Source of the DNA: Spirochaetia bacterium
Lineage (GTDB): Bacteria; Spirochaetota; Spirochaetia; SP-2023
Assembly (NCBI GenBank): GCA_965263295.1
Contig: OZ253665.1
Coordinates: 160,001-224,000, forward strand
DNA: 64,000 bases
Reading direction: 5' to 3'
Of this stretch, positions 29,907 through 38,803 are shown one piece after another; the first letter of the stretch is position 1; each line of letters opens with the position of its first letter. The notes under the pieces were generated by a model. It was given only the letters and a program-made list of their open reading frames with translations. It was not told where the DNA came from and searched no databases. A program made the position numbers and the translations under genes.

Positions 29907-30470
29907 ATGAACGTGCGAGTTTATAAAAAACTTTATAGAAAGCTACTGGAACGCGAGCATATCGGCAGATTGCCTGAAACCATTTTTGTTGATGTTCGCA
30001 ATTATATCTCAGCATATGCGGAAAAAAATGGTCGGGTAGCGACGACAGGTCGCTTGCGCAACGGTAAGCAAGCTTTTGCGGCTTGGCTGATCCGCTATCA
30101 CAGAGAGCGCGTTCGCAAACCCAGTGAAGCAACCCTCGGTTATATGCAGCTTCTGGGAATCCTGTTTCTGTATGTTTGGTATGTAGAGGCCAGGGAAGGG
30201 ATTGAGGATGATTTCCTGGTGGAAGAGGCTTTGAAAGAGTTCAACCGCAATCGAGAGTATCGCCGCACTTTTGAATTACCGCAGCCGCCCAAACGCAGGG
30301 GACGGCCCCCTCTCTCGGCACCTCTGTCGCGGCGTATGACAAGGAGTAGAAAGGTTGCGGGCAAAAAAACGCCAAATATAAAGCCTAAAACTCGTGTGGC
30401 GGCCAATAAGGTTAAGACTCAAAAGGCTGCGGCAAAAAATATAGCCCCAAAGACAAATCAGCGCGGCTAG
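29907..30470 (+). CDS. Hypothetical basic protein with AT-hook and Lys/Ala-rich tail (candidate DNA-binding protein)
   Basis: PKRRGRPP at residues 128-135; tail RKVAGKKTPNIKPKTRVAANKVKTQKAAAKNIAPK; strong promoter and RBS. Confidence 0.75.
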   Translation: MNVRVYKKLYRKLLEREHIGRLPETIFVDVRNYISAYAEKNGRVATTGRLRNGKQAFAAWLIRYHRERVRKPSEATLGYMQLLGILFLYVWYVEAREGIEDDFLVEEALKEFNRNREYRRTFELPQPPKRRGRPPLSAPLSRRMTRSRKVAGKKTPNIKPKTRVAANKVKTQKAAAKNIAPKTNQRG

Positions 30471-30490
30471 GTTGACTGTGGAAACTCACC

Positions 30491-30519
30491 TTGACAGTAC
30501 TTTTCAAATCTTGTACAAG
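30491..30519 (+). promoter_or_regulatory. Putative sigma70 promoter of the pyr operon
   Basis: TTGACA-17 nt-TACAAG. Confidence 0.55.
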
Positions 30520-30526
30520 TTGCTTG

Positions 30527-30589
30527 ATGTCGCGTTGTTTTATGTCAAAGGCTAGAGCCGTTGGACCTGCCTCCAGTTCTTTAATTTAA
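30527..30589 (+). CDS. Candidate pyr leader peptide, MSRCFMSKARAVGPASSSLI
   Basis: ATG at the predicted +1; the stop codon lies at the loop of the terminator hairpin. Confidence 0.4.
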   Translation: MSRCFMSKARAVGPASSSLI

Positions 30590-30609
30590 GGACTTGGGGG
30601 CTTTTTTTT
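30569..30609 (+). terminator. Intrinsic terminator / attenuator upstream of pyrBI
   Basis: GCCTCCAGTTCTT pairs with AAGGACTTGGGGGC, followed by 8 T. Confidence 0.85.
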
Positions 30610-30685
30610 GTAGTTGGCTCTCGCCCTATCTGTTTTTGTTACGGAAGACCTGGTTCGCGTACGTACAGAAACGAGGGAAATTATA

Positions 30686-32389
30686 GTGGTGGATTGTGAA
30701 AAGTGTAATAAATTTAATACCTGGTTTCAGAAAAGTCTTGCGGTGATAGCCGACTGTAACTTTGAGGAAAGAAAGTATCTGTTTCAGCAAAGCCGGATAC
30801 TGAAAGAGGCGATGCAAAAGCAGGATGAAGAATTGTTGGATGATTTTCGCATTAATGATTTGAATTTTGGTATTTATGAGATTTTCCTGGAAGACAGTAC
30901 GCGTACTAAAGAGTCTTTTCGCAATGCGGCCAGATTTTTAAGGGTAAGTGTCACGGATCTGGTCAGCAGTGCTTCGTCATTAAATAAGTCCGAAAGCTTT
31001 CGCGATACATTTCATACTCTAATTGGCTATGGCAATCAGATTTTTATTGTGCGCAGCAAGCAAGAAGGGCTTTGCCGTTGGTTGGCTAAAAGTAGTCGAG
31101 AGTTTTGCAAGCGGATGAATATTTCTGATATACCGTCCTTTGTCAACGGAGGGGATGGGGCCCATGAGCACCCGACGCAGGAACTTTATGATGACTTTAC
31201 TTTTTTGGAAGAATCAAATTGGAGCTATAAACGGATCCATATCGCTTTAATCGGAGATCTATTGCATGGCAGGACGGTACATTCCAAGGCTAATGGTTTA
31301 CAAATCTTTGATGATGTTCAAATCGACTTGATTGCGCCTGCCGAAATGGGACTGCCGCAGAACTATTACCAGGACATGCTGCAAAATGGTTTTCGCGTGC
31401 GTATATTTGCGAGTTTGGACGAGTATCTCGCGCAAAAGCATGTGGCGCCGATGTGGTATTTTACTCGTCTGCAACTGGAGCGCATGGACGAGACAATATT
31501 GCGTCGTGAACAAGAGTTGAGACGCAGTGTGACTCTGCGCGCGCAACATCTGTCCATTTTAGAGGGGCTTAAGCTGGAAAAGAACAAACTGGAAAGAGCG
31601 AGTGAAGAAGATAATCAAACAGAGAATATCGGGCCGGCCGGCGGCATCCGGTTTTTTCACCCGATGCCCCGGCACAAAAAGTTTCCCGTGATACCGCCGT
31701 TTTTTGACAATACAGAATATAATGGCTGGGAACGTCAAAGTGCCAATGGCTTGATTGTGCGCATCACGCTGTTGGCCCTGATCGCCGGGCGTCGCCCGGC
31801 TCCCGCGGGCTTGCTACCGCAGCCCGAAGAAGAGCAAGGTCCGCCCAAACTGTACGAAGAGCTCCCCATACAGCAATCCAGTAAGTCCAAGGTCTACTCT
31901 GAGGGTTTGCGTCCAATTCAGAATGGTGTGGTGATAGATCATATTCTGCGCGGCAGCTCTCCGCAGGAGATACGCCGCCACATGCGGCGTATCTCCGAAC
32001 TGATGAAACTGGATCACTATCGCGGCGGCCAGTGGGTCGGTGCTAGCCATAAAACTGAATTTGAACTGCGGGAGCCGGTTTACAAAGGGCTGATTTTTAT
32101 TCCAGATGCGCAACCGTTTAGCCCAGAACAGTTGCGAAAGCTTGCCGCGATTGCCCCCCACATTACGATTAATTATATTCAAAATAGTCAGGTTCAGAGC
32201 AAGTACCGCCTACTCCAACCTCCGCGAATTTATGGTTTTGCGGAGATGAGCTGTCGCAACCGGAACTGCATTTCGCATAAGTCCCATTGCGAGGGGGTGG
32301 ACCCGGAGTTTGAGCGCAATAATAGCGGTGATTTTGTTTGTATTTATTGCCACAGTAGTCACAGTTTTCAGGAGGTTTGGAATGTCTAG
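30686..32389 (+). CDS. pyrB: Fused aspartate carbamoyltransferase catalytic + regulatory subunit (PyrBI)
   Basis: EDSTRT, HEHPTQ, GDLLHGRTVHS, YFTRLQLER, FHPMP; PyrI part GVVIDHI and CRNRNC...CIYC. GTG 30686 follows GAGGG (the ORF track opens at 30614). Confidence 0.93.
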   Translation: MVDCEKCNKFNTWFQKSLAVIADCNFEERKYLFQQSRILKEAMQKQDEELLDDFRINDLNFGIYEIFLEDSTRTKESFRNAARFLRVSVTDLVSSASSLNKSESFRDTFHTLIGYGNQIFIVRSKQEGLCRWLAKSSREFCKRMNISDIPSFVNGGDGAHEHPTQELYDDFTFLEESNWSYKRIHIALIGDLLHGRTVHSKANGLQIFDDVQIDLIAPAEMGLPQNYYQDMLQNGFRVRIFASLDEYLAQKHVAPMWYFTRLQLERMDETILRREQELRRSVTLRAQHLSILEGLKLEKNKLERASEEDNQTENIGPAGGIRFFHPMPRHKKFPVIPPFFDNTEYNGWERQSANGLIVRITLLALIAGRRPAPAGLLPQPEEEQGPPKLYEELPIQQSSKSKVYSEGLRPIQNGVVIDHILRGSSPQEIRRHMRRISELMKLDHYRGGQWVGASHKTEFELREPVYKGLIFIPDAQPFSPEQLRKLAAIAPHITINYIQNSQVQSKYRLLQPPRIYGFAEMSCRNRNCISHKSHCEGVDPEFERNNSGDFVCIYCHSSHSFQEVWNV

Positions 32390-33083
32390 GCTGGCCGCGA
32401 TCCGCGACGAATTGTTTGCCATCAGCCTGGAGTTGGGCGCAATCAAGCTGGATATGAATTTCCCGTTTCGATGGTCTTCAGGTTATATGATGCCAATTTA
32501 TAACGATAGCCGTTTATTGCTTTCGCTCCCCGGTGCGCGCCGTTTGATTGCCGAAGGTTTGGAGCTTTTGTTGCGCGGGCAAACTTGTGCCGATGTGGCC
32601 AATATTGCCGGCGTCGCGACGGGTGGAATAGCCCATGCCGTTTTGCTGGCAGAACGCTTACAGTTGCCCGTGCAATATGTGCGCTCCAGTGCCAAGGCTC
32701 ACGGATCTTTGCGGCAGGTTGAATGCTTGCCCCATGGACAATATGGGGGACAATATGGGGGACAACATGGCGGACAGAATGACGGCCAGTCTGTCGCGCT
32801 TATTGAGGATGTGATTTCTACAGGCGAGAGTTTATTGCGCGCAGTGGAGGCTGTGCGCCAGATTGGGGCCAATGTGACGGCATGCTTTGCGATTTACAGT
32901 TATGACTTTCTCAAAGTGCAACAAGCCTTTGCTGCCGCAGCTCTGCCGTATGGGTCGCTACTCAGTTTTGCGCAGTTGCTCAACTATGTCGGGCAGCGCC
33001 AGCTGTTTCGTGCGGAGCAACTGGCGCAGTTGCGCGAGTGGCACGCTGATCCTTTCGTGCTTCGGGCACCGCAGGCTCGGTGA
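32382..33083 (+). CDS. pyrE: Orotate phosphoribosyltransferase
   Basis: FRWSSG, PIYND, YVRSSAKAHG, LIEDVISTG; GGAGG RBS before ATG 32382. Confidence 0.95.
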   Translation: MSRLAAIRDELFAISLELGAIKLDMNFPFRWSSGYMMPIYNDSRLLLSLPGARRLIAEGLELLLRGQTCADVANIAGVATGGIAHAVLLAERLQLPVQYVRSSAKAHGSLRQVECLPHGQYGGQYGGQHGGQNDGQSVALIEDVISTGESLLRAVEAVRQIGANVTACFAIYSYDFLKVQQAFAAAALPYGSLLSFAQLLNYVGQRQLFRAEQLAQLREWHADPFVLRAPQAR

Positions 33084-34147
33084 CGGGTATCGTTTTGCCG
33101 GGGCGAAGTTATATAGATATCCTGCGACAGAGTTACTCCCAGGCAGGTAACAACGTCTGTTTGGGCATTGATCCACAGTGGCAAACCCTGCCTCCAGAAC
33201 ATCGCAGGACTTTGCGGGGGCGGGCTCCCGACTGTCATGCCGTGCAGGAATTTTTGCAGATTTCTTTGCAGAGCTTGTGTGAGCAGGGGCTAAGCCCAGG
33301 GGCCTTTAAACCGAATTTAGGCTATTTCCAGGTCTTGGACCGCCCGCTTTGGGCGCTGCAAGATGATTGTAGGTTGCGTAGCCTGGCGTTTGAGGGGAGT
33401 CGGCTGTTAGCTTGGTTGTTGCACTACCTGAGCGAGAATTTTCCAGGGATTCCCGTTATTCTAGACTTTAAAAAAGGTGATATCGCTCGCTCCTCCGCTA
33501 ATTATGCAGAGGAAGGTTTCCTCATATGGCGCTGTGATGCCCTGACTGTCAACCCGTATATGGGTGCGGATTCGATGATGCCTTTTGGTCGCGAGCTGGA
33601 AAGCCATTTGAGAAATAATAACCCAGAGGCTTTGGAGGATTCTGAGAGTTTGTCCTGTGGACTAGCGCTAGCCCGAGGCAATGGCGGGGTCTATAGTTTG
33701 TTGCGTACTTCCAACCCTGGCCGTCGCGATTTGCAAGATTTGCGATTAGATGTTGGTGGGCCCGCTGACTGTGCGGCAGGGGACACGGGACAACGCTTAT
33801 ATCATAATCTGGCGGCAACTTTGCTGCGTTGGCGCAGTAAGCTGGATATCCCAGGTCTGGGAGCTGTGGTGGGGGCGACTTCACTTAAAGAGCTACGCGA
33901 TTTGGCCATATTTTTTAGTTTGGAAGATTTCCCTTTGTTGATACCTGGCGTGGGTAAGCAGGGGGGAGACTTTCACGAGGTAAAACAATGCCTGCGCGAT
34001 GCGGGCTACCCACTGGAATTGGCTCGCATCAATGTATCCAGTGGCCTGTTACAGAGTTGGCTGACCAAGGATGCCCCCAAGGATGGCTCTAAGGCTCCAG
34101 CCGATTGGCACAAGTTAATTGGCGAGAATTTGTCTAAACTGCTGTAG
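33080..34147 (+). CDS. pyrF: Orotidine 5'-phosphate decarboxylase (subfamily 2)
   Basis: CLGIDP, FKPN, LDFKKGDI, TVNPYMG, RTSNPG, GAVVGAT, LIPGVGKQGG. Confidence 0.93.
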   Translation: MTGIVLPGRSYIDILRQSYSQAGNNVCLGIDPQWQTLPPEHRRTLRGRAPDCHAVQEFLQISLQSLCEQGLSPGAFKPNLGYFQVLDRPLWALQDDCRLRSLAFEGSRLLAWLLHYLSENFPGIPVILDFKKGDIARSSANYAEEGFLIWRCDALTVNPYMGADSMMPFGRELESHLRNNNPEALEDSESLSCGLALARGNGGVYSLLRTSNPGRRDLQDLRLDVGGPADCAAGDTGQRLYHNLAATLLRWRSKLDIPGLGAVVGATSLKELRDLAIFFSLEDFPLLIPGVGKQGGDFHEVKQCLRDAGYPLELARINVSSGLLQSWLTKDAPKDGSKAPADWHKLIGENLSKLL

Positions 34148-34227
34148 CTCCATCAAGGTTTGACATCGGTGATCCTTCAGGTGGGTTTGCCCGGTATATT
34201 AGCATTTATGATAGAACGTTAGCGTTC

Positions 34228-34767
34228 CTAAAATCCTTGTATCGTAACCTGGCGCAGATGGAATTTTTGTTCTAGGCTCAGGCGTTGGGCTAACAGATCC
34301 TCTAGTTGCAAGTAGTCTGCCCACAGGAGGAAGGATACACAGAGCAAAATACCAATTGGTTCACTGTGGATTCGGTATTTGCGCAGTATGCTTTGGAAAG
34401 GGATTTCTGGTTTAAAATCACGGTCATTCAAGCTGGGGGGGGCTTTGACGTCCCAGCCCCGCCCCCAGGCATCCACCAGGTCCAGTCCTTTGGGTCCTCG
34501 CCGTACCTGTATGCCCATTACGCCAAACTTGGCCAGCTCCAGGCCGACCATGGCTTCAATCACGCTGGAAAAGGTCATGTGTAGCCCATGGTCCGGATCT
34601 TTGGCCAATTCGCGAAGATCTGTCAGAGTTACCTTATATTTGCGACTGATTCTAGGCAACAATTGGCCAGACCGGAATTCTTGTTTATATCGGTTATAGT
34701 CTAGGGTGCTAAAGTTTTTCAAGTCTTTTTTGCGGTCTGCTAGATCAAAAAGTCGCGTCTTTGCCAT
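34228..34767 (-). CDS. Stand-alone toxin-like putative PD-(D/E)XK nuclease
   Basis: LAKDPDHG...IEAMVGLE...RGPKGLDLVD...WDVKAP; AGGGG RBS before ATG 34767 (the ORF track opens at 34911). Confidence 0.55.
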   Translation of the reverse strand: MAKTRLFDLADRKKDLKNFSTLDYNRYKQEFRSGQLLPRISRKYKVTLTDLRELAKDPDHGLHMTFSSVIEAMVGLELAKFGVMGIQVRRGPKGLDLVDAWGRGWDVKAPPSLNDRDFKPEIPFQSILRKYRIHSEPIGILLCVSFLLWADYLQLEDLLAQRLSLEQKFHLRQVTIQGF

Positions 34768-35001
34768 AATGCCACGGTCCCCTGTTTGTCTGCTTAGTTG
34801 CGACCTAAAACCAAAAAAAAACTGATGTTTGCCACGTTGTTTTCGGACGAGTAAGATTATTCTCCAGTCAAACTCAATAAGGAAATTCAAGTCGTGGTGC
34901 TCCATATTCAATGGGATATATCTGATTAATCAGGCTTGCGGTGTGCCATGCGATTCAATGCAAAGAAAGCTTTGGCTCAAGCCTCTGCCATATTGTCTGG
35001 T

Positions 35002-36372
35002 TCATATTGTCTGCGGTGTCGAGTCCTCTGGTTTTTTCTCTCGTTCATCGACACCGTTTGGTTGAAAACGCAGCCGCACGATCCGTTTGCCGTCACTTTC
35101 TACAACATGATAGTTGCCTTCAGGTCGTCTGATAGTTTCGTTCTGTTCGGGAATATATCCCAATTCGTTGCAGATATAGCCGGACATCGTGGCGAGGCGC
35201 GGTGAATTTTCCTCTTCCTGCAGCTCAATATGAAAAAACTCCTCAAATTGTTGGATACCGAGCGTGCCAGGGAAAACAAAAGTATCCGCTTCTTGCTGGA
35301 TTACCAGAATCGCGGCCTCGTCTTGTTCATCTTCGTCGTAGAGTTTGCCAAATACGGTTTCTAATACGTCTTCCTGGCTGACTACTCCTGTCAGGCCGCC
35401 GTATTCGTCAAAAACGATCACCATATTGTTGTCGTTGTTTTTAAAGTAAAAAAACAGGTCTGAGACTCGCATACTATCCGGTAGAAAAGCCACGGGTTTC
35501 ATAAGTTGCAAGACTGTTGTCGTTTCAAAGTCTTGCGGCCAATCATTTTGCTTTTTATTTGAGTCGAGGTGTTTGTCATGCCTTGTAAAAGGACTGGTGT
35601 GATACATGCAGAATTTTTGCACGTCGCTCATGTATAACAGGCCAATAATATTTTCCGGGTTGTCGCGATAAACCGGGATGCGGCTGTATGAATATTCAGC
35701 CATGGCGGCATAGCTGTCTGTTATTCTGGCTCCGCTGTCCAGTGAAAATACATCTTTGCGGTGAGTCATGATTTGTCGGGCGGTTTTGTCATTTAAGTCC
35801 AGCACATTGCCGATGAAGTCGCGTTCATACTGGTTGATATAGCCGCTTGTGTGGGCCAGATCGACCATATGTTCCAGCGACTCCTCTAGGTTCTCGCCGT
35901 TTGGGACGCGCCTGAGTATAGGGAAGAATAGCCGGGTGAGCTGCAGTGTCAGACTCAGTAATGGCGTAAACATGATATAGAAAAAACTCACCGGCCAGAC
36001 GACAGCAATTGCAATTTGACGTTTAAAAATCAGGGCGATCTGTTTGGGGGCTATTTCACAAAAGATGATGATAAACAGTGTCAGGAAAAAGGTACTCAGG
36101 GCGATAAAAAAACCGCCGAGATACAAGCTGGTCATGTAGGCGACAATGGCAGACAAACTGATGTTGGCGACGTTGTTGCCGATTAACAGGGAAGCGATCA
36201 GGCGTTCGGGTTGCTGCAGCAGACGTTCTATTTTTTCGCCGTGAAGATGCTGTTCCTTGATAGCCCTGATGTCTACCTGGCTTAAGGCGGTCATAGCGGT
36301 TTCCGCGGCCGAAAAAAAGGCCCCCAAGCAGAAAAGTAGCAAAATGATAATGCAGGTGATAAGCAGAGTCAT
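35002..36372 (-). CDS. CNNM/CorB-TlyC family protein (DUF21 + CBS pair + CorC domain)
   Basis: FFSAAETA, LIGNNVAN, CEIAPK, YSRIPVY, DEYGGLTG, DEDE. Confidence 0.93.
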   Translation of the reverse strand: MTLLITCIIILLLFCLGAFFSAAETAMTALSQVDIRAIKEQHLHGEKIERLLQQPERLIASLLIGNNVANISLSAIVAYMTSLYLGGFFIALSTFFLTLFIIIFCEIAPKQIALIFKRQIAIAVVWPVSFFYIMFTPLLSLTLQLTRLFFPILRRVPNGENLEESLEHMVDLAHTSGYINQYERDFIGNVLDLNDKTARQIMTHRKDVFSLDSGARITDSYAAMAEYSYSRIPVYRDNPENIIGLLYMSDVQKFCMYHTSPFTRHDKHLDSNKKQNDWPQDFETTTVLQLMKPVAFLPDSMRVSDLFFYFKNNDNNMVIVFDEYGGLTGVVSQEDVLETVFGKLYDEDEQDEAAILVIQQEADTFVFPGTLGIQQFEEFFHIELQEEENSPRLATMSGYICNELGYIPEQNETIRRPEGNYHVVESDGKRIVRLRFQPNGVDEREKKPEDSTPQTI

Positions 36373-36458
36373 GGCAGCATTGCAGGGAGCTTTAAGCAGG
36401 CGGAGAAATGTGCCGCTCCCGGCGGGATGGCGCAGCGGGAGCCAGGTGGGCTGCAGGA

Positions 36459-37787
36459 TCAGTCTTCTTCATTTGACTCATCGGTTTGTTCTGCTTTGAG
36501 AAGTGGGCGGCCGTCGGCTCCCACTTTAATTTCTCCCGCTTTCAGTAGAGCCCATTTGGTCAGGACGGGAGCTATGACTTCAAAGAAAATGCTGGTGGCA
36601 GTCACGATGACCAGAAGCTGCTGACCCATGGCTACGGCATCTTTTCCCAAGGGGCGGAACTTTTCGATTAGAATCATGGCTAGACCGAGTCCGACACCGA
36701 CCTGAGACAAAAGCCCTGCCCAGGAGTAACGACGTATAGTGTGGGGCAGTCTGGCGAGACTGGCACCAGTGCTGGCACCCAAAAATTTCCCCAATGTGCG
36801 GCAAATAATGTAAACCAGGCCCGCCAAACCGATGGTCGGGACCAGGAGAACATCTAATTGAGCGCCGGCGAATACGAAGAACAGCACAAAGACAACGGGC
36901 ATCAGCGTTTCCATGGAGCGCAAAAGCTTAGCTGCCTGGAGTGAACTAATTTGATTGATTATTACTGCACCCATAACCATATTCGACAGGATAAGAGAAT
37001 ATTCGAGCAGAAAACTGATGCCTTCAACCAAAAACATCATGCCCAATATCCACAGCAGCAGCATATGGCCTTCGTCTACTCTGCGTGTCAGCAGGCGATA
37101 CAAAAAGCCGAGCGACATGCCAATTACTAAGGCCAGGCCAACTTCCATCAGGGGATCAAAGACCAAGTTGTGCAGCATGGAACTGTGCGCACTAGCATCG
37201 ACATTGTAGCCGTTGCTCTGGGCATAGAGTGTCGCGGCCAGAGTGCTGGCAAAACTAAAAATCACAATGCTGACGGCATCGTCGAAGCCGGTGATGGCAA
37301 AGATGGCACTGGTCAAAGGCCCGCGGGCCTTGAATTCGCTGGCGATGGCCAAGGCACTGGTTGGCGCACTGGCGGCACCCACAGCGCCGGCGGCCAGGCC
37401 GAACGGCAGACTGCCGCTTACTGCCCACATGCCGGCGGCGACCAATAGAAAAGTCAAAAAACATTCACATATAATCAAAAGGCCTATGCCGGCGCCTAAA
37501 CTGCGAATGGTCACCATCTTGAACTCCAGCCCCAGGCTCAGGGCGACAAACCCCAGGGCCAGGTTGGAAAGAAAAGACAGCGCAGCGATATCTTCGGTGT
37601 TGATGAAGTTGAAGCCCGACACGCCGAGTAGAACTCCCGCGACTAAGAGACCGACAATGGAGGGCAGCCGCATTTTTTCGAACAGAATGGCAAAGAGGCG
37701 TCCGAAGACGATAAGAACCCCCAGGGTGAGGAGTACCGGTAATTTGAGCTCTTCCATCCATTGCTGATAGGCTTCAAACGATTGCAT
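36459..37787 (-). CDS. Cation:proton antiporter (CPA2/Kef-like)
   Basis: Many TM helices, LPSIVGLLVAGVLLG, ALSLGLEF, GFDDA, FFVFAGAQL, RTLGK. Confidence 0.88.
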   Translation of the reverse strand: MQSFEAYQQWMEELKLPVLLTLGVLIVFGRLFAILFEKMRLPSIVGLLVAGVLLGVSGFNFINTEDIAALSFLSNLALGFVALSLGLEFKMVTIRSLGAGIGLLIICECFLTFLLVAAGMWAVSGSLPFGLAAGAVGAASAPTSALAIASEFKARGPLTSAIFAITGFDDAVSIVIFSFASTLAATLYAQSNGYNVDASAHSSMLHNLVFDPLMEVGLALVIGMSLGFLYRLLTRRVDEGHMLLLWILGMMFLVEGISFLLEYSLILSNMVMGAVIINQISSLQAAKLLRSMETLMPVVFVLFFVFAGAQLDVLLVPTIGLAGLVYIICRTLGKFLGASTGASLARLPHTIRRYSWAGLLSQVGVGLGLAMILIEKFRPLGKDAVAMGQQLLVIVTATSIFFEVIAPVLTKWALLKAGEIKVGADGRPLLKAEQTDESNEED

Positions 37788-37836
37788 GATTCCTCATTCA
37801 CCTTTCGCCATAAGTGTTGTTTTGGAGCAATTTATG

Positions 37837-38709
37837 TCAATAATCCAGGCCGCCGAGCACGCCTTGAACGGGCTGATGGAAAACGAGTATCCCCGGTTGT
37901 TTTTCTATCTTTCGGTCAATCCGGCGGATTGTTTCGTAGACGGAATTGAGCTCGGTGCTGGGGATGAGGGCCTCAATACAACGGAAAAATTTGTTCATCT
38001 TTTTATTATTTAAAATATAAGCATACAAAGGCATGCGTTGCAAAAACTCGGCGATGTTGTGCCCTTCAATGACAGTCACGGCGCCGCCAGAGGCCCGCAC
38101 GGCCTCTTCGAGCAGGGGGACAAAGAATTTCTCTTTCTGTACTAGGACGCTCAAGAGGCTGTATTCTGAATCAGGTCCCGGCCGTTCTGCCGCCGGCGCG
38201 GGAGCTGGGCTGCTCGCCCGCTCTTCTGTATCCAGGAAACGGACAGAAAATATGCGGCCTAGAATTTGCATGCCTTCCCGCTTATCCGCGCAATTGAGCA
38301 AGGCTTGCACTTCTTCTGTCTTTTGCAGGCCAGAGGCAAGTGAGGCCAGAATCTGTACATGCTGGTGGCGTTCGGCTGCCGGGCCGACGATGGCAATGAT
38401 AAAGTTACAGGGGACAGAGTCAAAGGCGCCAAAGTCGATGCCGCGTGCGAGGGTCAGTATGATGATGGCAAAGCCTTCGGCTCTCTTTAAGCCACAGTGT
38501 GGCGCGGCAATACCCCCGCCTAAACCCGTAGAGCCTTGGGTCTCGCGTTCTCGTAGAGACTGCAAGATGTCGGCGCACTTGCACTTGGAAAGTCGGGGGC
38601 TGTGGCTGAGCTGTTCTGCCAGGAACCTGAGCACCTCGTCCTTGTCGTTAAATGTTTTTTGCAAGTTCACACAGTCTGCCTGGATCAAGTCCAACCAATC
38701 CACAGCCAT
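37837..38709 (-). CDS. PTS EIIA (Fru/Ntr-type) domain fused to a C-terminal PII-like domain
   Basis: RERETQGSTGLGGGIAAPH phospho-His motif; C-terminal about 110 aa with AVTVIE...PLY...PGILVFHQPVQGVLG. Confidence 0.75.
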   Translation of the reverse strand: MAVDWLDLIQADCVNLQKTFNDKDEVLRFLAEQLSHSPRLSKCKCADILQSLRERETQGSTGLGGGIAAPHCGLKRAEGFAIIILTLARGIDFGAFDSVPCNFIIAIVGPAAERHQHVQILASLASGLQKTEEVQALLNCADKREGMQILGRIFSVRFLDTEERASSPAPAPAAERPGPDSEYSLLSVLVQKEKFFVPLLEEAVRASGGAVTVIEGHNIAEFLQRMPLYAYILNNKKMNKFFRCIEALIPSTELNSVYETIRRIDRKIEKQPGILVFHQPVQGVLGGLDY

Positions 38710-38803
38710 AGTAGGGACCTCCGCAATGTTTTAACTTTTTGCAGCTTAGCTGATATGCATGGAATATACAATAGCGGCTTTCATCTTTATGGCAATAAAG
38801 GGT

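Noticed and set aside
30520..30610. PyrR-binding leader
   Set aside because: No ARUCC-NGNGAGGYU-type loop is visible.
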